The notes under the pieces were generated by a model. That model was not told the DNA's origin. It saw only the letters and a list, made by a program, of their open reading frames with translations, and did no database searches. The position numbers were made by a program, and so were the translations under genes. DNA of 64,000 bases from Trypanosoma brucei (lineage: Eukaryota). Shown in pieces: positions 32,014 through 43,390 of the stretch (the stretch's first letter is position 1; each line of letters begins with the position of its first letter). The stretch covers positions 256,001-320,000 of the forward strand of contig CP000066.1 in NCBI GenBank assembly GCA_000002445.1, read 5' to 3'.

Positions 32014-35000
32014 GTGGAAATGGACCAACCGGAGCGTCTTGTGGAATCACTTGTAGATTCTTCATGGGTGGTTTGTGGGACTGAGTTATTTGCTGATGAA
32101 CTTAAGGACTTGGAACATTTAGAAGAGATGGATGAGAAGCTAGCATCACAACAGCAGCAACAACAACATCGGAGCGAAGTCGTCGATGGTTGCGATGTCT
32201 TGCGGGAGAGTTATGATGGGAGCGCGTGGAGTCAGGAAAGACGGACCACTAGCAAGCCAAGGAAATCTCCAACGTTCTCAAAGCAAAAGTTGCCAGACCG
32301 CCCGAGTTCGCGGGCGTCCACTGGTGGACAAGCTAAGGAGCCTTCCAGTATATGTTCAACAGCTGCTTCCGTTCGCGTGAAGACAGAAAAAGTAGTAAAT
32401 GTTGCGGAGAATCGAGGGCAGGATCTATATAAGCAGATGTTACAAGCGCTAAAACAGCAGATACGACAGGTACGCGAAGAGGCAGATCTTCGTCGTTCAG
32501 CCACGCGTCGGCAACTGCGTTTTTTTAGTGCACGCAACGTTGATGAATACTTACCCAGTGAAATCCTTCGGGGGGCCCCGGAAAAGCATTACCAGTGGAG
32601 GAGTGAAGTTTCTGGTTTAGATTATGTTACTGAAGATGTATGGAGGAGGACACCGCACCAAGATGATGCAGCATCGTCTCCGTCCCCTAGTGTTACTGAT
32701 AGTCGATCAGCGCTTACCATACTGCAGACGCCTTATGGGAGTGGCACAAGCTACCCTGCAATTTGTGATTTCACCATCGATCCCATAAACTTCATGGCGG
32801 AAATTAATGTAGCACTGGAGAAGAATCATGGAGTTCGTATCGTCACTAAGGAGTCACAGCCGCCCGCAGAAGAACCAGATCCATCTATGTTGCTCTCCAA
32901 TCAGTTATGTGAGATGTTAGAACACCAGCCGGGGCCCATGATGGACTTGAAGGAACCAACGTGGTTCAACACTGTGCTGCCTCCAATAGCATCAAAAATG
33001 GAGGAGAAATGGGTTGTCGACAATAGTGAAGGCCAAATGCCATGGAGTGGCGTTGGGCCGACGAAAAAGGTGAAGGGTGGTGGTGTGGAGAGACTACAAC
33101 TAGCATTTCCCCCACTCCCAGCCCGTGCTGGTCAAGATAGCAGGGTAGCTTCTGGTGGGACAGCGACCAAGAGAGCGGCTGTGGGGACTACCACTGATGG
33201 TTGCAACTCAAGCAAATACACGGGAGCTGGGCGCAGTGCAATCGGTGATATGGATAAACTTGTACGATGCTCTGCCACAGACGACACTGTGCGGCTGCGG
33301 GCGAAGGCGGGGACGAAGACAACTAGGACGGTGCGCTTCACTAACCACTGTACGAGGCACCTCGCCATGCGATTACAACCGGCCACGCATCCGTGGTTAA
33401 AATATTCCATTGTGAAGGCGTCCGCGGGGAAGCCGCTGGCGGCGTCGTCAGGTCTGTGTACAGCATTGGACAAGCCAGTTACCTTCTTTGAGTATATTGA
33501 CGTGATGATAACGTTTGAACCCCAAACGGTCAGGGAGCCTTCGATAGCAGAGGTTTTACGGATTGGGTATTGCGTAGAGCTAAATATCCGAAGTGGCGAG
33601 GGGGCACAGTGGCATTTTCTCGAAGTGACTGTTCTATGCGATACACAACAACCTGAATTTCGCCTCGTTCCGTTGGAAAAGGTTGCAGATCGGCGCGAGG
33701 AGGCTGCGGACACATCCGCAGAAGATTCGTCAAGAACAACACGTGTGAACTCGAGGGCCTCCAAAAAGGATTACATCACGACGTGTGAGTTTCCATGTAC
33801 TTTTGTGTTCCATTCCTTCACCAAATACTTCCAGCTGGAAAACATTGGGTCCGATGCCATCATTTCGTTAGGTACCAGTTCCTCTTGCTTCAAGATTACT
33901 TCACCCTTAGAGGAGGACATCGAAATACCCGGTGGTAGCACCGTGGAGATCGCTGTTTGCTTTTGCCCATTGAGCGAGGCTCACTATGACGCAGAGCAAT
34001 TGTTTGTTACTGTGAGGGACGAAAGAAACGGTCCTGTCTTGGCCAAACACACGTTTAACCTTCGGGGGGAAAGTGCCCTTCCCCACATTGACCTCTTGCG
34101 AATAGGACCCATGGAACTGAGTCCATTCGAAGGGGACGAGTGCAGTAGTGTGCCGCAGTATTTCCTCCCTGAAACCACATTGGGGGAGGAGGTAGTTGAG
34201 GAGGTGGTTGTACGCAACAATTGCCCAATTGCAGTAGAGTACTTTTGGCAGGTTGCCACTGTTGGTGGTGGACCCTCTGGAGCGCAACTGCAAATAACGC
34301 CGTGTCGTGGCGAGTTTCTTCCAAAACAAGACACTAGATTCACGGTGACTCTAAAACCTTCCGTGGTGGAGCCGTTCGCTGCTGTTCTCAACCTCTTCCT
34401 TGAGGGTCTTCCTAGGATTCCCATAGAGGGTGAACTAGGGAGGACTGTGGACAGCTGTGGCCCCCCGTTGCTTCCCCCACAAAATGACTCACGCATGGCG
34501 GAGTTAGATGCAACAAAGGGGGTGTTGAGGCTCTTATCTCGCTCTAGGATGGTTCCTGCTTTACCAGAGCCCGAACAATTGCGCCGACTCATGGACCCGT
34601 GTGGTGCGCTAAAGAACATTATGAAACCGCAATCGAGCGAGTGTAGTGGCGTCTTTGCGAGCGGATTCTACCTTTTTGCCGATCCTAGTCCTCCGCGTCT
34701 CATGCTTATTCCCGATCGTTTTGATGAGGGGTTGGAATGCCTCATTAACGGTGAGAACGCACGTCGCGTGGTGTTGCGAAACACTTCCCACCGGCTACTG
34801 CACTTCATCTTTGACCCGACGCCACAGGAATGCCCAGTGGGTGTGTGTTTTCCAGCCACATATGACCCAGAAACTGTGGAAGTGAGGTTTGAGCCGCGGG
34901 CAGGACGTGTGCCCCCACAAGGTTCTGTTCCTATCACATTCTTCTACACATTGAAGGAGGTTGGACATCACAGTATGTCGGTAAACTGTTACATCCCGGA

Positions 35001-38000
35001 GCTGTTTGAGCTGGGAGTGGAGTCTTCTGAGGGGTCACCTCCACTAAATCTTGTAACAGAGGTCCCGTGCACTCATGCTCTCCACCTCAGCGTGACGGGT
35101 GTTGGACCGACGCTGATTGCCAGTACTCACTTGTTGGATTTTGGACTCATTGAGCAAGGGCGGGAGTCTGAAGCGTCTTTTACTGTGACAAACGACAACC
35201 CTATTCCTGTTTCCTTTGAGCTACAGGATCCAAAGAAATGCGAGCCTCCGCGCTTCGTTTTTCTCCCGCAATCATTCCGTCTCGGTGTCGGTGAGTCAGT
35301 GGAGATTACTGTGTACCGCCAAGCTGTGGATATCACCGAGCCACAGACATTCTTTGAGTTAGTGGTGCCAAATGGTGGATCAATAGCAATCGAAACGCGA
35401 GCGGATATTCAGTTGCAAACATTGGTGTTACGCGAAACCGTCGTCAATTACGGTGTGGTGCCCAATGGGTCTTGGACAACGCAGTCGTTTGTTGTGTCGA
35501 ATCCGTTTGCCTCTGACATACCGTATACTGTCCAAGCCGTGGACGTGCCGCCGAATATTATGGTTCAGGTCCCACCCTCTGGTGTGGTGCGTGCAGGCTG
35601 TGTAGATGTCCAAATACCAATTCGCTGCGCATTTAGTGTCGTTGCAGCTGGAGGTGGGAAAAGGGCTGTCGTCAGTTTTAAGAATATGCGTACTACGCAG
35701 GAAATACTAGTAGAGCTTTGCTGCGAAAAGATCAGTGAACTTACGGTGGCGATTGATCTTATTCCCGTCCCGAAGGTATCGGAAGGCACTTGCTGCATGG
35801 CGTACACTCCCCCAATCCTGCCGTTGAATTTACCTGAAGCGCCAGAAATGGAGATATCTTCGTACATTGAGTCGGTTCTGCGTAACCTTATAGAGCTTGA
35901 GGTTCTGAAGTGTTGCGTTCCTCGCAAGAGCAGGAAAGAGAGTTTTAGTGCCGCCGTTGATGATGCTGTCACAAACTCTGTTTCTGCCTTGGACGCCATG
36001 GCAAGCGCGTCCGGAGCTGGAGGGACCGGGGAATTGGTTTTACGACCGTACTGTCCACCTGTGCATCTCCGTGCTTTACTACCTCATGGAGAGCCTGTAT
36101 GGTCAGAGTTGGTAGTTTTGCGTATAACCAATTTGACTGGCTGCCATAGTACGTACGGTGTCAACTGCACGCAGTATGGCTTCAACCAGACTCTAGTTGA
36201 TATGCGTCGAAGTCCCACAGTGGGCCGTGCAACCTCGAAGTCTATGACAATGACGGCTTCTAGCATAGCGGCCACGTCAAAAAATCGCGGTAGAAGCAGG
36301 GACGGTACCACTAGCAGGAGACGTGACTCCCGGCGTACCTTCGTCGGCAGTCCCGACAGCAGGCACCCCTTTTCAGCGGGGTATGCGGATGGTGACGACA
36401 CAAAAGGCAGAAAAGCCGTCGTGCAACCGACTTTCTGGTGCAAGAACTTGGATGGCTCAGAACAGAGGGAGCGTGAGCGTCGCGCTGCGCTGGTTGGTGC
36501 TCAGGAGGCTTTACTTGATGGTCGTGGTTGTGCCACCATCTTTGGTGGACCAACAGCTGGTGCGTTAAATCCTTTTGCCGAGTCAAAACTTCCCTTAACG
36601 CTTTCTGCCAACCTTCCCGGACGATACGAGGAGACCCTCAAGGTACACTGTGGTAACATGCCTCCCGTGCACATCCCAGTATCACTAGAGCTTCGTGGGA
36701 GACCCGTTCTTTTAGATTCCACTACTGCGGGTTTGTTGGTATCGGACGGCAAGGAGATTCTCTTAATGCCGTCAGTTCTTGCTGGTGTGGGGCGCTCTCA
36801 GCGCACGCTGCGGCTCGTCAACCGTCTTCCGCGAGACGTGAATGTGTCGTTTAAAATATTTCTGACAAACGTAACATTCTCTGTTTTTGCAGTTGATGAC
36901 AATGTGGAGGCCAATGCTGTAACGCTTCATCTCGGGCCTGTGACAGAGGAGGATCACCGACGTGAATCTGAAGGAAAGGGTGAGGTGGCCGCCGCACCTG
37001 AGAAGTTCTTTCTACCCGCGATGGGTTCGCAGTTGGTGACAATTGAATACGCTCCGGATGCAAACTTTGTGGGAGCCAACTGTTCCGAGCGGAAGTGGCT
37101 CGGTGGTGTTATTATCACAGCTGAATATGCTGACACGTCTTTTAACGATGCTTTTATCATTGATGAGTTTTATCGAATACATCCTCAATACCGGCCTATT
37201 GACCGTGTCGTTAAGAAATCTGCGCGTGAAGGTGACGCCGCGTGGACGAAAAGCCTTCTGCGACCCGCTGCAGTGTTGAAGGTGCGGCAACCTGTGATCA
37301 CACGGCCTGGTTTAATAAAAAAGAGCACCATCATCGTACCCGAGCTGGGCGTAGCTAGTTTTTCGAAGCGGAGCGGAGCATCCCGACGCAGATCTCTTCC
37401 GATTTGTTCTGATTCATTTTTGGGGGACCACACAGCTTTCAGTGACGACACCACTGATTCCGACGAGGAGGGGGGGGAAGCATCGGCTGTAATACGACAG
37501 ACGGAAACTGGTCGAGCCCAACGTCATGATGTATTACGTTCCTCGACTTCTCTGGAGGGGGAGCGCATGGAGTTGCTTTCATTCATTGAGAAGCGCCGGC
37601 AAGAGATGATGGAACACAGCAGGCGCTACTTTGTTCCCATAGAGTTGGAATTACAGGCCCTATGCGGCGTGGCCCAGCTAACTGTGGAACCATCAGAGAA
37701 CCTGGTTCGTTTTCCTACCTGCGTCGACGGACAGCGATGTACGCAAACAGTTCTTTTAACGAATAGAAGCTGTGCTGTGATGGCGTTTATGTTGGACATA
37801 CCTTCCCCTTCATTTAAATTGTTGAAAGCCCGCCTCATATTTTCTGATAAAGACTACAAGCAGCTGGAAGTGGAGGATGAGGAGACTCTCATATGCCGGA
37901 AAGCTTTAGAGAGTTTGAAGTGGTGCGGTGTGGAAGAGCGCCAAAAGGCACGACGTGTGGTGTCACTGGGTCAAAGCAAAGAAAATACAAATAAGGGGTG

Positions 38001-39003
38001 CACCCAAATTGTGTTGGAAAAATACCCTACTCAAAATCAGCGGCCAACGTCTCGTGGAAGTGCGTCCACAACTGGTGTCGTTGTAAACAAGTACCAACTG
38101 TTCCCTCATGATTCGTTACAGGTGGTGCTCGAGTATCAAAGCCAATCAAAGGCAGAGAGGGATGCCTTGGCGTGTGAGGGTGCAACAGTCACAGGTGAGC
38201 TCAATATTCTTTACCTCCCTGCTGACGTTGCTATCGTGAAGCAGCAGCAAAGTGGTGCAGTTGAGGGTAAGAAGCCATTTCATCCACCACCCGTATTGGA
38301 GCTTAAGCAAAGCATTCCCCTTTCCTTGAGCTTTTTGAACCCGTCTGTAACTAGTTCACCCTCATTCCTTTGGTTCTTCCCTGGTCAGCAGATTCATGAC
38401 GGACGTCAGCAGCCCTCGTACGTTCAGAAACTGCGGTTGATGAGCTTGCACCCCTCACCTCTCTCCTTCAAGCTATCTGTGGGAAGCACGGCCGCTAACA
38501 TTGGTTTGGTGCCGGCCCGTTGCAATGCGACACCAGCCCTTGGGTGTCTCAGCGGTGTTGCCGGTGAGCCACGGAAGGCGATTCGCCAGCTAACCTTGGC
38601 AGACGAGACACACAATGTATTCACACGTGAGCGAAAAATACGGGAGATGAAATGTTACATCAAAGATGATAATCCGCCTGCTGTTGGTGGTGTATGTGTG
38701 GAGGGCTGTGCCCCCCAAGACGGGAAAGGGGTTACGCGAGAGTTGCAACCTCGTTCAACACCATATGATAGGGAGAAACTGCTGGTAATTGAAGATGCGA
38801 GCCGCTTCACAATCACCCCCATGGAAGGCATCATTCCCGCGGCCACAAGGGGTGGCCAACCTGGAGTTTTTGAAATTTTGGTGGAGTTTAAAGAACACGC
38901 TAACATGCGCTTCGAGGCTGCATTTGATGTACTAATTGGAACTCACCATGCAAAGGCTTCAAGTTTCTTTCTCCGTGGTGACAGTCGTGAAACAGAGATT
39001 TAG
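32014..39003 (+). CDS. Giant (2,329 aa) protein built from many degenerate Ig-like/PapD-like (ASH/MSP-type) beta-sandwich repeats, probably a flagellar/axonemal CFAP-type protein
   Basis: Uninterrupted 6,990-nt ORF. Recurrent short blocks of the form F-x-V-x-N-x-x-x-P-V-x-F-x-L (FTVTNDNPIPVSFELQDP, FVVSNPFASDIPYTVQAVDVP, RFTVTLKPSVVEPFAAVLNLF, VLLTNRSCAVMAFMLDIP). These are typical of ASH/MSP domains in hydin/CFAP65/CFAP74-type proteins. Confidence 0.4.
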   Translation: MEMDQPERLVESLVDSSWVVCGTELFADELKDLEHLEEMDEKLASQQQQQQHRSEVVDGCDVLRESYDGSAWSQERRTTSKPRKSPTFSKQKLPDRPSSRASTGGQAKEPSSICSTAASVRVKTEKVVNVAENRGQDLYKQMLQALKQQIRQVREEADLRRSATRRQLRFFSARNVDEYLPSEILRGAPEKHYQWRSEVSGLDYVTEDVWRRTPHQDDAASSPSPSVTDSRSALTILQTPYGSGTSYPAICDFTIDPINFMAEINVALEKNHGVRIVTKESQPPAEEPDPSMLLSNQLCEMLEHQPGPMMDLKEPTWFNTVLPPIASKMEEKWVVDNSEGQMPWSGVGPTKKVKGGGVERLQLAFPPLPARAGQDSRVASGGTATKRAAVGTTTDGCNSSKYTGAGRSAIGDMDKLVRCSATDDTVRLRAKAGTKTTRTVRFTNHCTRHLAMRLQPATHPWLKYSIVKASAGKPLAASSGLCTALDKPVTFFEYIDVMITFEPQTVREPSIAEVLRIGYCVELNIRSGEGAQWHFLEVTVLCDTQQPEFRLVPLEKVADRREEAADTSAEDSSRTTRVNSRASKKDYITTCEFPCTFVFHSFTKYFQLENIGSDAIISLGTSSSCFKITSPLEEDIEIPGGSTVEIAVCFCPLSEAHYDAEQLFVTVRDERNGPVLAKHTFNLRGESALPHIDLLRIGPMELSPFEGDECSSVPQYFLPETTLGEEVVEEVVVRNNCPIAVEYFWQVATVGGGPSGAQLQITPCRGEFLPKQDTRFTVTLKPSVVEPFAAVLNLFLEGLPRIPIEGELGRTVDSCGPPLLPPQNDSRMAELDATKGVLRLLSRSRMVPALPEPEQLRRLMDPCGALKNIMKPQSSECSGVFASGFYLFADPSPPRLMLIPDRFDEGLECLINGENARRVVLRNTSHRLLHFIFDPTPQECPVGVCFPATYDPETVEVRFEPRAGRVPPQGSVPITFFYTLKEVGHHSMSVNCYIPELFELGVESSEGSPPLNLVTEVPCTHALHLSVTGVGPTLIASTHLLDFGLIEQGRESEASFTVTNDNPIPVSFELQDPKKCEPPRFVFLPQSFRLGVGESVEITVYRQAVDITEPQTFFELVVPNGGSIAIETRADIQLQTLVLRETVVNYGVVPNGSWTTQSFVVSNPFASDIPYTVQAVDVPPNIMVQVPPSGVVRAGCVDVQIPIRCAFSVVAAGGGKRAVVSFKNMRTTQEILVELCCEKISELTVAIDLIPVPKVSEGTCCMAYTPPILPLNLPEAPEMEISSYIESVLRNLIELEVLKCCVPRKSRKESFSAAVDDAVTNSVSALDAMASASGAGGTGELVLRPYCPPVHLRALLPHGEPVWSELVVLRITNLTGCHSTYGVNCTQYGFNQTLVDMRRSPTVGRATSKSMTMTASSIAATSKNRGRSRDGTTSRRRDSRRTFVGSPDSRHPFSAGYADGDDTKGRKAVVQPTFWCKNLDGSEQRERERRAALVGAQEALLDGRGCATIFGGPTAGALNPFAESKLPLTLSANLPGRYEETLKVHCGNMPPVHIPVSLELRGRPVLLDSTTAGLLVSDGKEILLMPSVLAGVGRSQRTLRLVNRLPRDVNVSFKIFLTNVTFSVFAVDDNVEANAVTLHLGPVTEEDHRRESEGKGEVAAAPEKFFLPAMGSQLVTIEYAPDANFVGANCSERKWLGGVIITAEYADTSFNDAFIIDEFYRIHPQYRPIDRVVKKSAREGDAAWTKSLLRPAAVLKVRQPVITRPGLIKKSTIIVPELGVASFSKRSGASRRRSLPICSDSFLGDHTAFSDDTTDSDEEGGEASAVIRQTETGRAQRHDVLRSSTSLEGERMELLSFIEKRRQEMMEHSRRYFVPIELELQALCGVAQLTVEPSENLVRFPTCVDGQRCTQTVLLTNRSCAVMAFMLDIPSPSFKLLKARLIFSDKDYKQLEVEDEETLICRKALESLKWCGVEERQKARRVVSLGQSKENTNKGCTQIVLEKYPTQNQRPTSRGSASTTGVVVNKYQLFPHDSLQVVLEYQSQSKAERDALACEGATVTGELNILYLPADVAIVKQQQSGAVEGKKPFHPPPVLELKQSIPLSLSFLNPSVTSSPSFLWFFPGQQIHDGRQQPSYVQKLRLMSLHPSPLSFKLSVGSTAANIGLVPARCNATPALGCLSGVAGEPRKAIRQLTLADETHNVFTRERKIREMKCYIKDDNPPAVGGVCVEGCAPQDGKGVTRELQPRSTPYDREKLLVIEDASRFTITPMEGIIPAATRGGQPGVFEILVEFKEHANMRFEAAFDVLIGTHHAKASSFFLRGDSRETEI

Positions 39004-39733
39004 TCTGGACAGTTTGTTTCGGCTGTTTATTGAGCATTGGACTGCTCGGTGCGTGAGAGAAAAGACAAAATTTCCCCTTTAGAGTGCAGGGGTTTGGCCA
39101 CTCACTTTTCTACTAAGTTGGACTTGATGTATAAGAAACACGCAGAAAATAAAACAAAAAAGTGAAAACAAGAGAACGCCACATGATTCACCTGTTTTTG
39201 CATTGTCAGTGGCAGAATAGAAGAGCATGGCGATGCTGATTCCCACTCTATTGTTGTTTGTGCAGGCTGTTTTTTTTTTGCCTGCGGTGGTGTGAGTGTG
39301 TACAGAACAGGTAGCATTATATATGTATACCGAATTGTTTGAACTATTATTATACTTTGGGATTGCCACTCTTTTCCCCATTTGTCAATTTAACTTTTCC
39401 ATTCCCCTTTCTTTCTGTTTCTCCCCCGCTAAAATGTACTTGGTTCAGAAGCACAGGAAAAGAAAAGGATATTGGAATACAAACCGTGGCCACTGGGCCT
39501 CCTCTTTTTTTTTTTAACATAGACAGTTTAGCATCAACAGATACATTACTGTGTTACGACCCTTCCCTTTTGCTTTTTTTGTTTTCTCAGAATCATTCTA
39601 AAGGTACCCTTTCACTTTTTGTCATCGTTGTTACCACCACTCCTGTTGTCTGCAACGCAGCAGAGAGAGAGAGAATTCGAAGACCAGCGGCTCCGCACAG
39701 CGCTTGGGGAGTACCTTTTAAAAAAAAAAACTA

Positions 39734-42091
39734 TTGTTTGTTTTACAAAGTTCGGGGCCTGGGGTTGCCATGAGTTTGCATGTCGGTAACGGTTTGCAGC
39801 AAATGGAGAAGAAACAATGTGTCTCCTCGTGCCTGCTGCTGACGTCGCTGCACGTGCGAGGGCCCCTGCCCCTTCCGTCAGCGCGGTCGTTAGTTGCCAG
39901 TGTTTGTGTCGGTACTTCTTCCATTACGACAGATGTTTTGCAGCCCGTGATGTCAGATGAAGTGAGTGGTTCTTCCGTGCCTTTGTCTCCGGTGTTTCAG
40001 CGCGCTTCGTCGACTCATCAGCGGTTGGCCTCCGCCAGCAGTGTTATTGGGTTGGAACCCCTTCGCATTATGTTTCCTCTCATCGACGACGACGCATGTC
40101 ACGGTGACGGCGGCTCGGGTTCTGCACAACCGCACAAGTACGAGTTTTGTATAGGATTGCGCGAGGCTGATAGCAATGCGTTATTAGGCGTCGCCATATG
40201 TACGCGGTCGGGCGCGTGGTTCCCCTTCAAACCATGTGGGGGATCTGCACGTATAACGTTTAGATACTGTGAGCAGATGGAACGGAAGAATCGAATACTG
40301 CGGCACTTACAGGAGGCGCAGTTGTATCCAACTTCTTCTGACACGAAGATGCAGTCCGATGCTTCGTGCAAGCTGGAGGCCTCGTCTTCCTTCCTTGCAC
40401 CTACGGCCTCCTCTGTTCTCTCAGCAAGTACATCCTTCGTGGACGGTGGCGGTCCGGGGAAGGGTTCCAGGCCCACACACAGTGGCTTGTCGGCCACCGA
40501 TGCACTTGCCGTTGCGCGGCCGCATTCAGCGTGTTCCTCGCCAAACTTTCCGCTGCTTCCTGCAACCGACACAAAAGTCAAACCGGAAAATGAACATTCA
40601 AGTCACATTATGTCCGTTCCCAACGTTACAACTGAGGGACCACGTCACCTTGCGAGTTCGAATGTTGCCACCAGTCAAACATGCAAGAAGGAACCGCGCA
40701 GAAATTATCATTGTGGATTAAATCCTATCTCTGTAAATGGTTTCTTTACAACATCTGATCCGTGCCCCCCTGGTGGGTTGCGGGAGCGTGAGGGCCAGCC
40801 GCGCAGCCTTGTCTTCTCGAACATACATGTGAAGGGCTTCTTTCCACTTTCCCTAACCGGTAGTTGGCGATTGGAGTTCCTAATACCGCACCCCTGCATA
40901 CCGGTTACGAAGCACACGGTAACTGTGCCAGCTACCTTCGACACAGACGGCAGCAGCGCACTTCGTGACACTCTCACGGTTGACCTTCCGTTATTCCTTA
41001 GAGGTGAGGTGCAGACGCGGCTGCGCGCCACGTGGGTCGACAGCAATAATTTGGACGATATAACGGAGGTACCCACGGTGGTGGAGTTTGACCCTATTGT
41101 TATCAAAGTAGGAGGAAGTGAGGTGTGTCAGCAGGAAAGGCGTTACCACAAGCTAGTTAGGCACAGTGCGGAGAAGTTCACGCTGTCCGAACTCGGCGTG
41201 CAACTGCTAGTGGCATTAAAGTATTTTGCCCCTCATCGGGAGGGACAGAACGGTCGACCCACCAGCGCACATTCAGACGCTCGACTTTGGAGGTCTGCGA
41301 TGGCTTGGAGGGAGGGGGAAAAGGATGCTGACGCTGTGAAAACTAAGGGTAACGGTCTTGGCAAAGGAGGGGACGGAGCAGATATGGACGTACGTTTGCC
41401 TGAACTACAGACAGCTGCAACTCCAGATGGGAAGAACATGAGCAAAAACAGTATATTTACTGAGGAAGCGATGTCCGCAAAGGCCCTTTCGTTTGGTGAT
41501 AACGCTAGCCAATCGAATGCCCACAGGAGTCCACCTTCCAAGGAGGTGCCTCCTCCACGACGGGCTTCCAAAGAGGAAGTTCGTAACCCAGGAATGGGCC
41601 ACTTTAGTACGCTGAAACCTGCAACTAATGCACAATTGGTTGCGTCAATGGACGATTTAGTGCCGTGCTACACTGAAGAGCAGCGGAGGGCTGTTTTTGC
41701 TCTCTACGACACTAACAACAGAGGCTACATGACACAGGAGCAAATACTTCACTTCTGTCGTGCTCATGTAGCCCTGTTCGATGGACACCAAAACGATGCG
41801 AATATTGTGCGGCTACTTCAATCTCTGTTCCCCCGAATGCCCCGGAGGCGTATGAATGCTACAGAGGCCGCTGCAAAAGCCACATCCTCCTATTTACTGC
41901 AATCCCGTAAGCCTTGTGCACCGGCGCTGGAACAGCGCTTAAAAAATAGAGGACTACAAACACCAAGTGGGCGTCCGACATCAGGTCAGCACACGGCGGG
42001 TGGCTCCCCACAGGGCGCGTTAGGCTTGCCGAGGAGGTGCATAACGTATGACATATTTGAGGTTATTGCCCTTCGCCTTGCCGGAATGTAG
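39734..42091 (+). CDS. Hypothetical protein, 785 aa, Ser/Ala/Thr-rich with a degenerate C-terminal EF-hand-like loop
   Basis: Long + strand ORF. LYDTNNRGYMTQEQILHF resembles an EF-hand loop but is non-canonical. Confidence 0.55.
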   Translation: MFVLQSSGPGVAMSLHVGNGLQQMEKKQCVSSCLLLTSLHVRGPLPLPSARSLVASVCVGTSSITTDVLQPVMSDEVSGSSVPLSPVFQRASSTHQRLASASSVIGLEPLRIMFPLIDDDACHGDGGSGSAQPHKYEFCIGLREADSNALLGVAICTRSGAWFPFKPCGGSARITFRYCEQMERKNRILRHLQEAQLYPTSSDTKMQSDASCKLEASSSFLAPTASSVLSASTSFVDGGGPGKGSRPTHSGLSATDALAVARPHSACSSPNFPLLPATDTKVKPENEHSSHIMSVPNVTTEGPRHLASSNVATSQTCKKEPRRNYHCGLNPISVNGFFTTSDPCPPGGLREREGQPRSLVFSNIHVKGFFPLSLTGSWRLEFLIPHPCIPVTKHTVTVPATFDTDGSSALRDTLTVDLPLFLRGEVQTRLRATWVDSNNLDDITEVPTVVEFDPIVIKVGGSEVCQQERRYHKLVRHSAEKFTLSELGVQLLVALKYFAPHREGQNGRPTSAHSDARLWRSAMAWREGEKDADAVKTKGNGLGKGGDGADMDVRLPELQTAATPDGKNMSKNSIFTEEAMSAKALSFGDNASQSNAHRSPPSKEVPPPRRASKEEVRNPGMGHFSTLKPATNAQLVASMDDLVPCYTEEQRRAVFALYDTNNRGYMTQEQILHFCRAHVALFDGHQNDANIVRLLQSLFPRMPRRRMNATEAAAKATSSYLLQSRKPCAPALEQRLKNRGLQTPSGRPTSGQHTAGGSPQGALGLPRRCITYDIFEVIALRLAGM

Positions 42092-43390
42092 AGAGAGAGA
42101 GAAAAGAGAAGGAAGTAAAAATAAGTCCGTCATCACCGTCTTTCACGGAGCGCGGGAGTGGCGGTCTTTTTTGCGATGGAAACCAAATTACCCAAATCAT
42201 CATCGATTACGGAGGAGGAGGAGGAGGAAGCAGGAGTAACAAGTGGGAGTGGTATATAAGGGAGCATGTGTGGGAGTTGCGTGTTGACTCCTTCACTTAA
42301 AAACAGCTTATTTGGATGCGCGTTAGAGTGCTGCGGTGACCGGTAAGCCGACACGGCGCGGTGGGATCCTTCACACTGCTGTCGGTGGTTTCCTTTGTTT
42401 TTCTTTCTTTCTTGTTCGTAGTTGTTAAACTTACCTTTGCTCTTTACCATCCACTCTTCGCTTTTTTATTTGCTTATTTCTTTTCCCATTACTATTATTA
42501 TTATTATTTTCATCATTTTTGTTGTTATTTCTCTCGCGGTGGATACCTCGCTATGTTTGCTCGACTTCGCTATATGCTAAATGGGCCAGGTAAGAGAATG
42601 ATTGGAATGAGCGGCATTGAAACCGCAGGAGCACGTTTTTATGGGGAGGAGGAGGACGATTTGTTTATAGAGAAAAGAAGAAATGATTAAAAAAAAAGAG
42701 CAATTGGCTAGAGTTGCTTAGAATGTAATACAAGAAGTGGTGGTTGTGGGAGAGAGTGAGTCAATGTGATAATCGGCAAGAGCAGGTAGCACAAATAAGT
42801 TTGGTTTCCCCTCTCTTGCTCTTACAAGCACAAACGCAGGCACCCCACGGGGAGAAGCGCAACCATATACGTACTTGGTTGTGGTGTTAAAGAAGGGTCG
42901 AAACCGAGGGTAGCCTGCTTGTATCTGTGCGTTTACGCCACTATGATTTACCGGGTGCGTCACACACTGTTGTGACCAACGTGATGTACTTTTTTTCTTT
43001 TCTTCTTAACACGCTGAGCCTCTTTTCAGCAGAAGGTTAGAAGCACTGAAAAGAAAGGAGTAGGTCCAAAAACAATATGTGACCGTCAGTTGCTCTCACA
43101 TTTCTCAGATTTTAAGATAAAATTGGACTATGCTGTGAGGACGGGCGTTGTGGGGTATGCGTTCCACGAGTCATCCATATAGACGCACTCCTTGAACAAG
43201 AGGGGCATGATCATTTACAAGTTCGCAACCCACTAAAGGATGACAAAAAAACACCGGCGGTAAGGCAGCGTCTGCAAAGCTAATAGTAGCTGTGTGCAAA
43301 CGGTGCTCAAACAATTACTTACATATGAAAACAGGTATATGCACATGCGCATTTGGAAAACATTTTATCCTTTTCACCTCGAGAGAATTC

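Noticed and set aside
39734-42091. Calling the 785-aa protein an EF-hand calcium-binding protein
   Set aside because: The single loop-like segment (DTNNRGYMTQEQ) departs from the canonical EF-hand at positions 5 and 12 and is unpaired. I left the gene as hypothetical.
42361-42690. 109-aa ORF with poly-Tyr/Phe run (…FSHYYYYYYFHHFCCYF…) and other spacer ORFs (47141..47581, 16838..17152, 18161..18560)
   Set aside because: They are produced by translating simple repeats, (TTA/TAT)n and polyY or polypurine tracts, in intergenic spacers. The translations are low-complexity with no conserved features.
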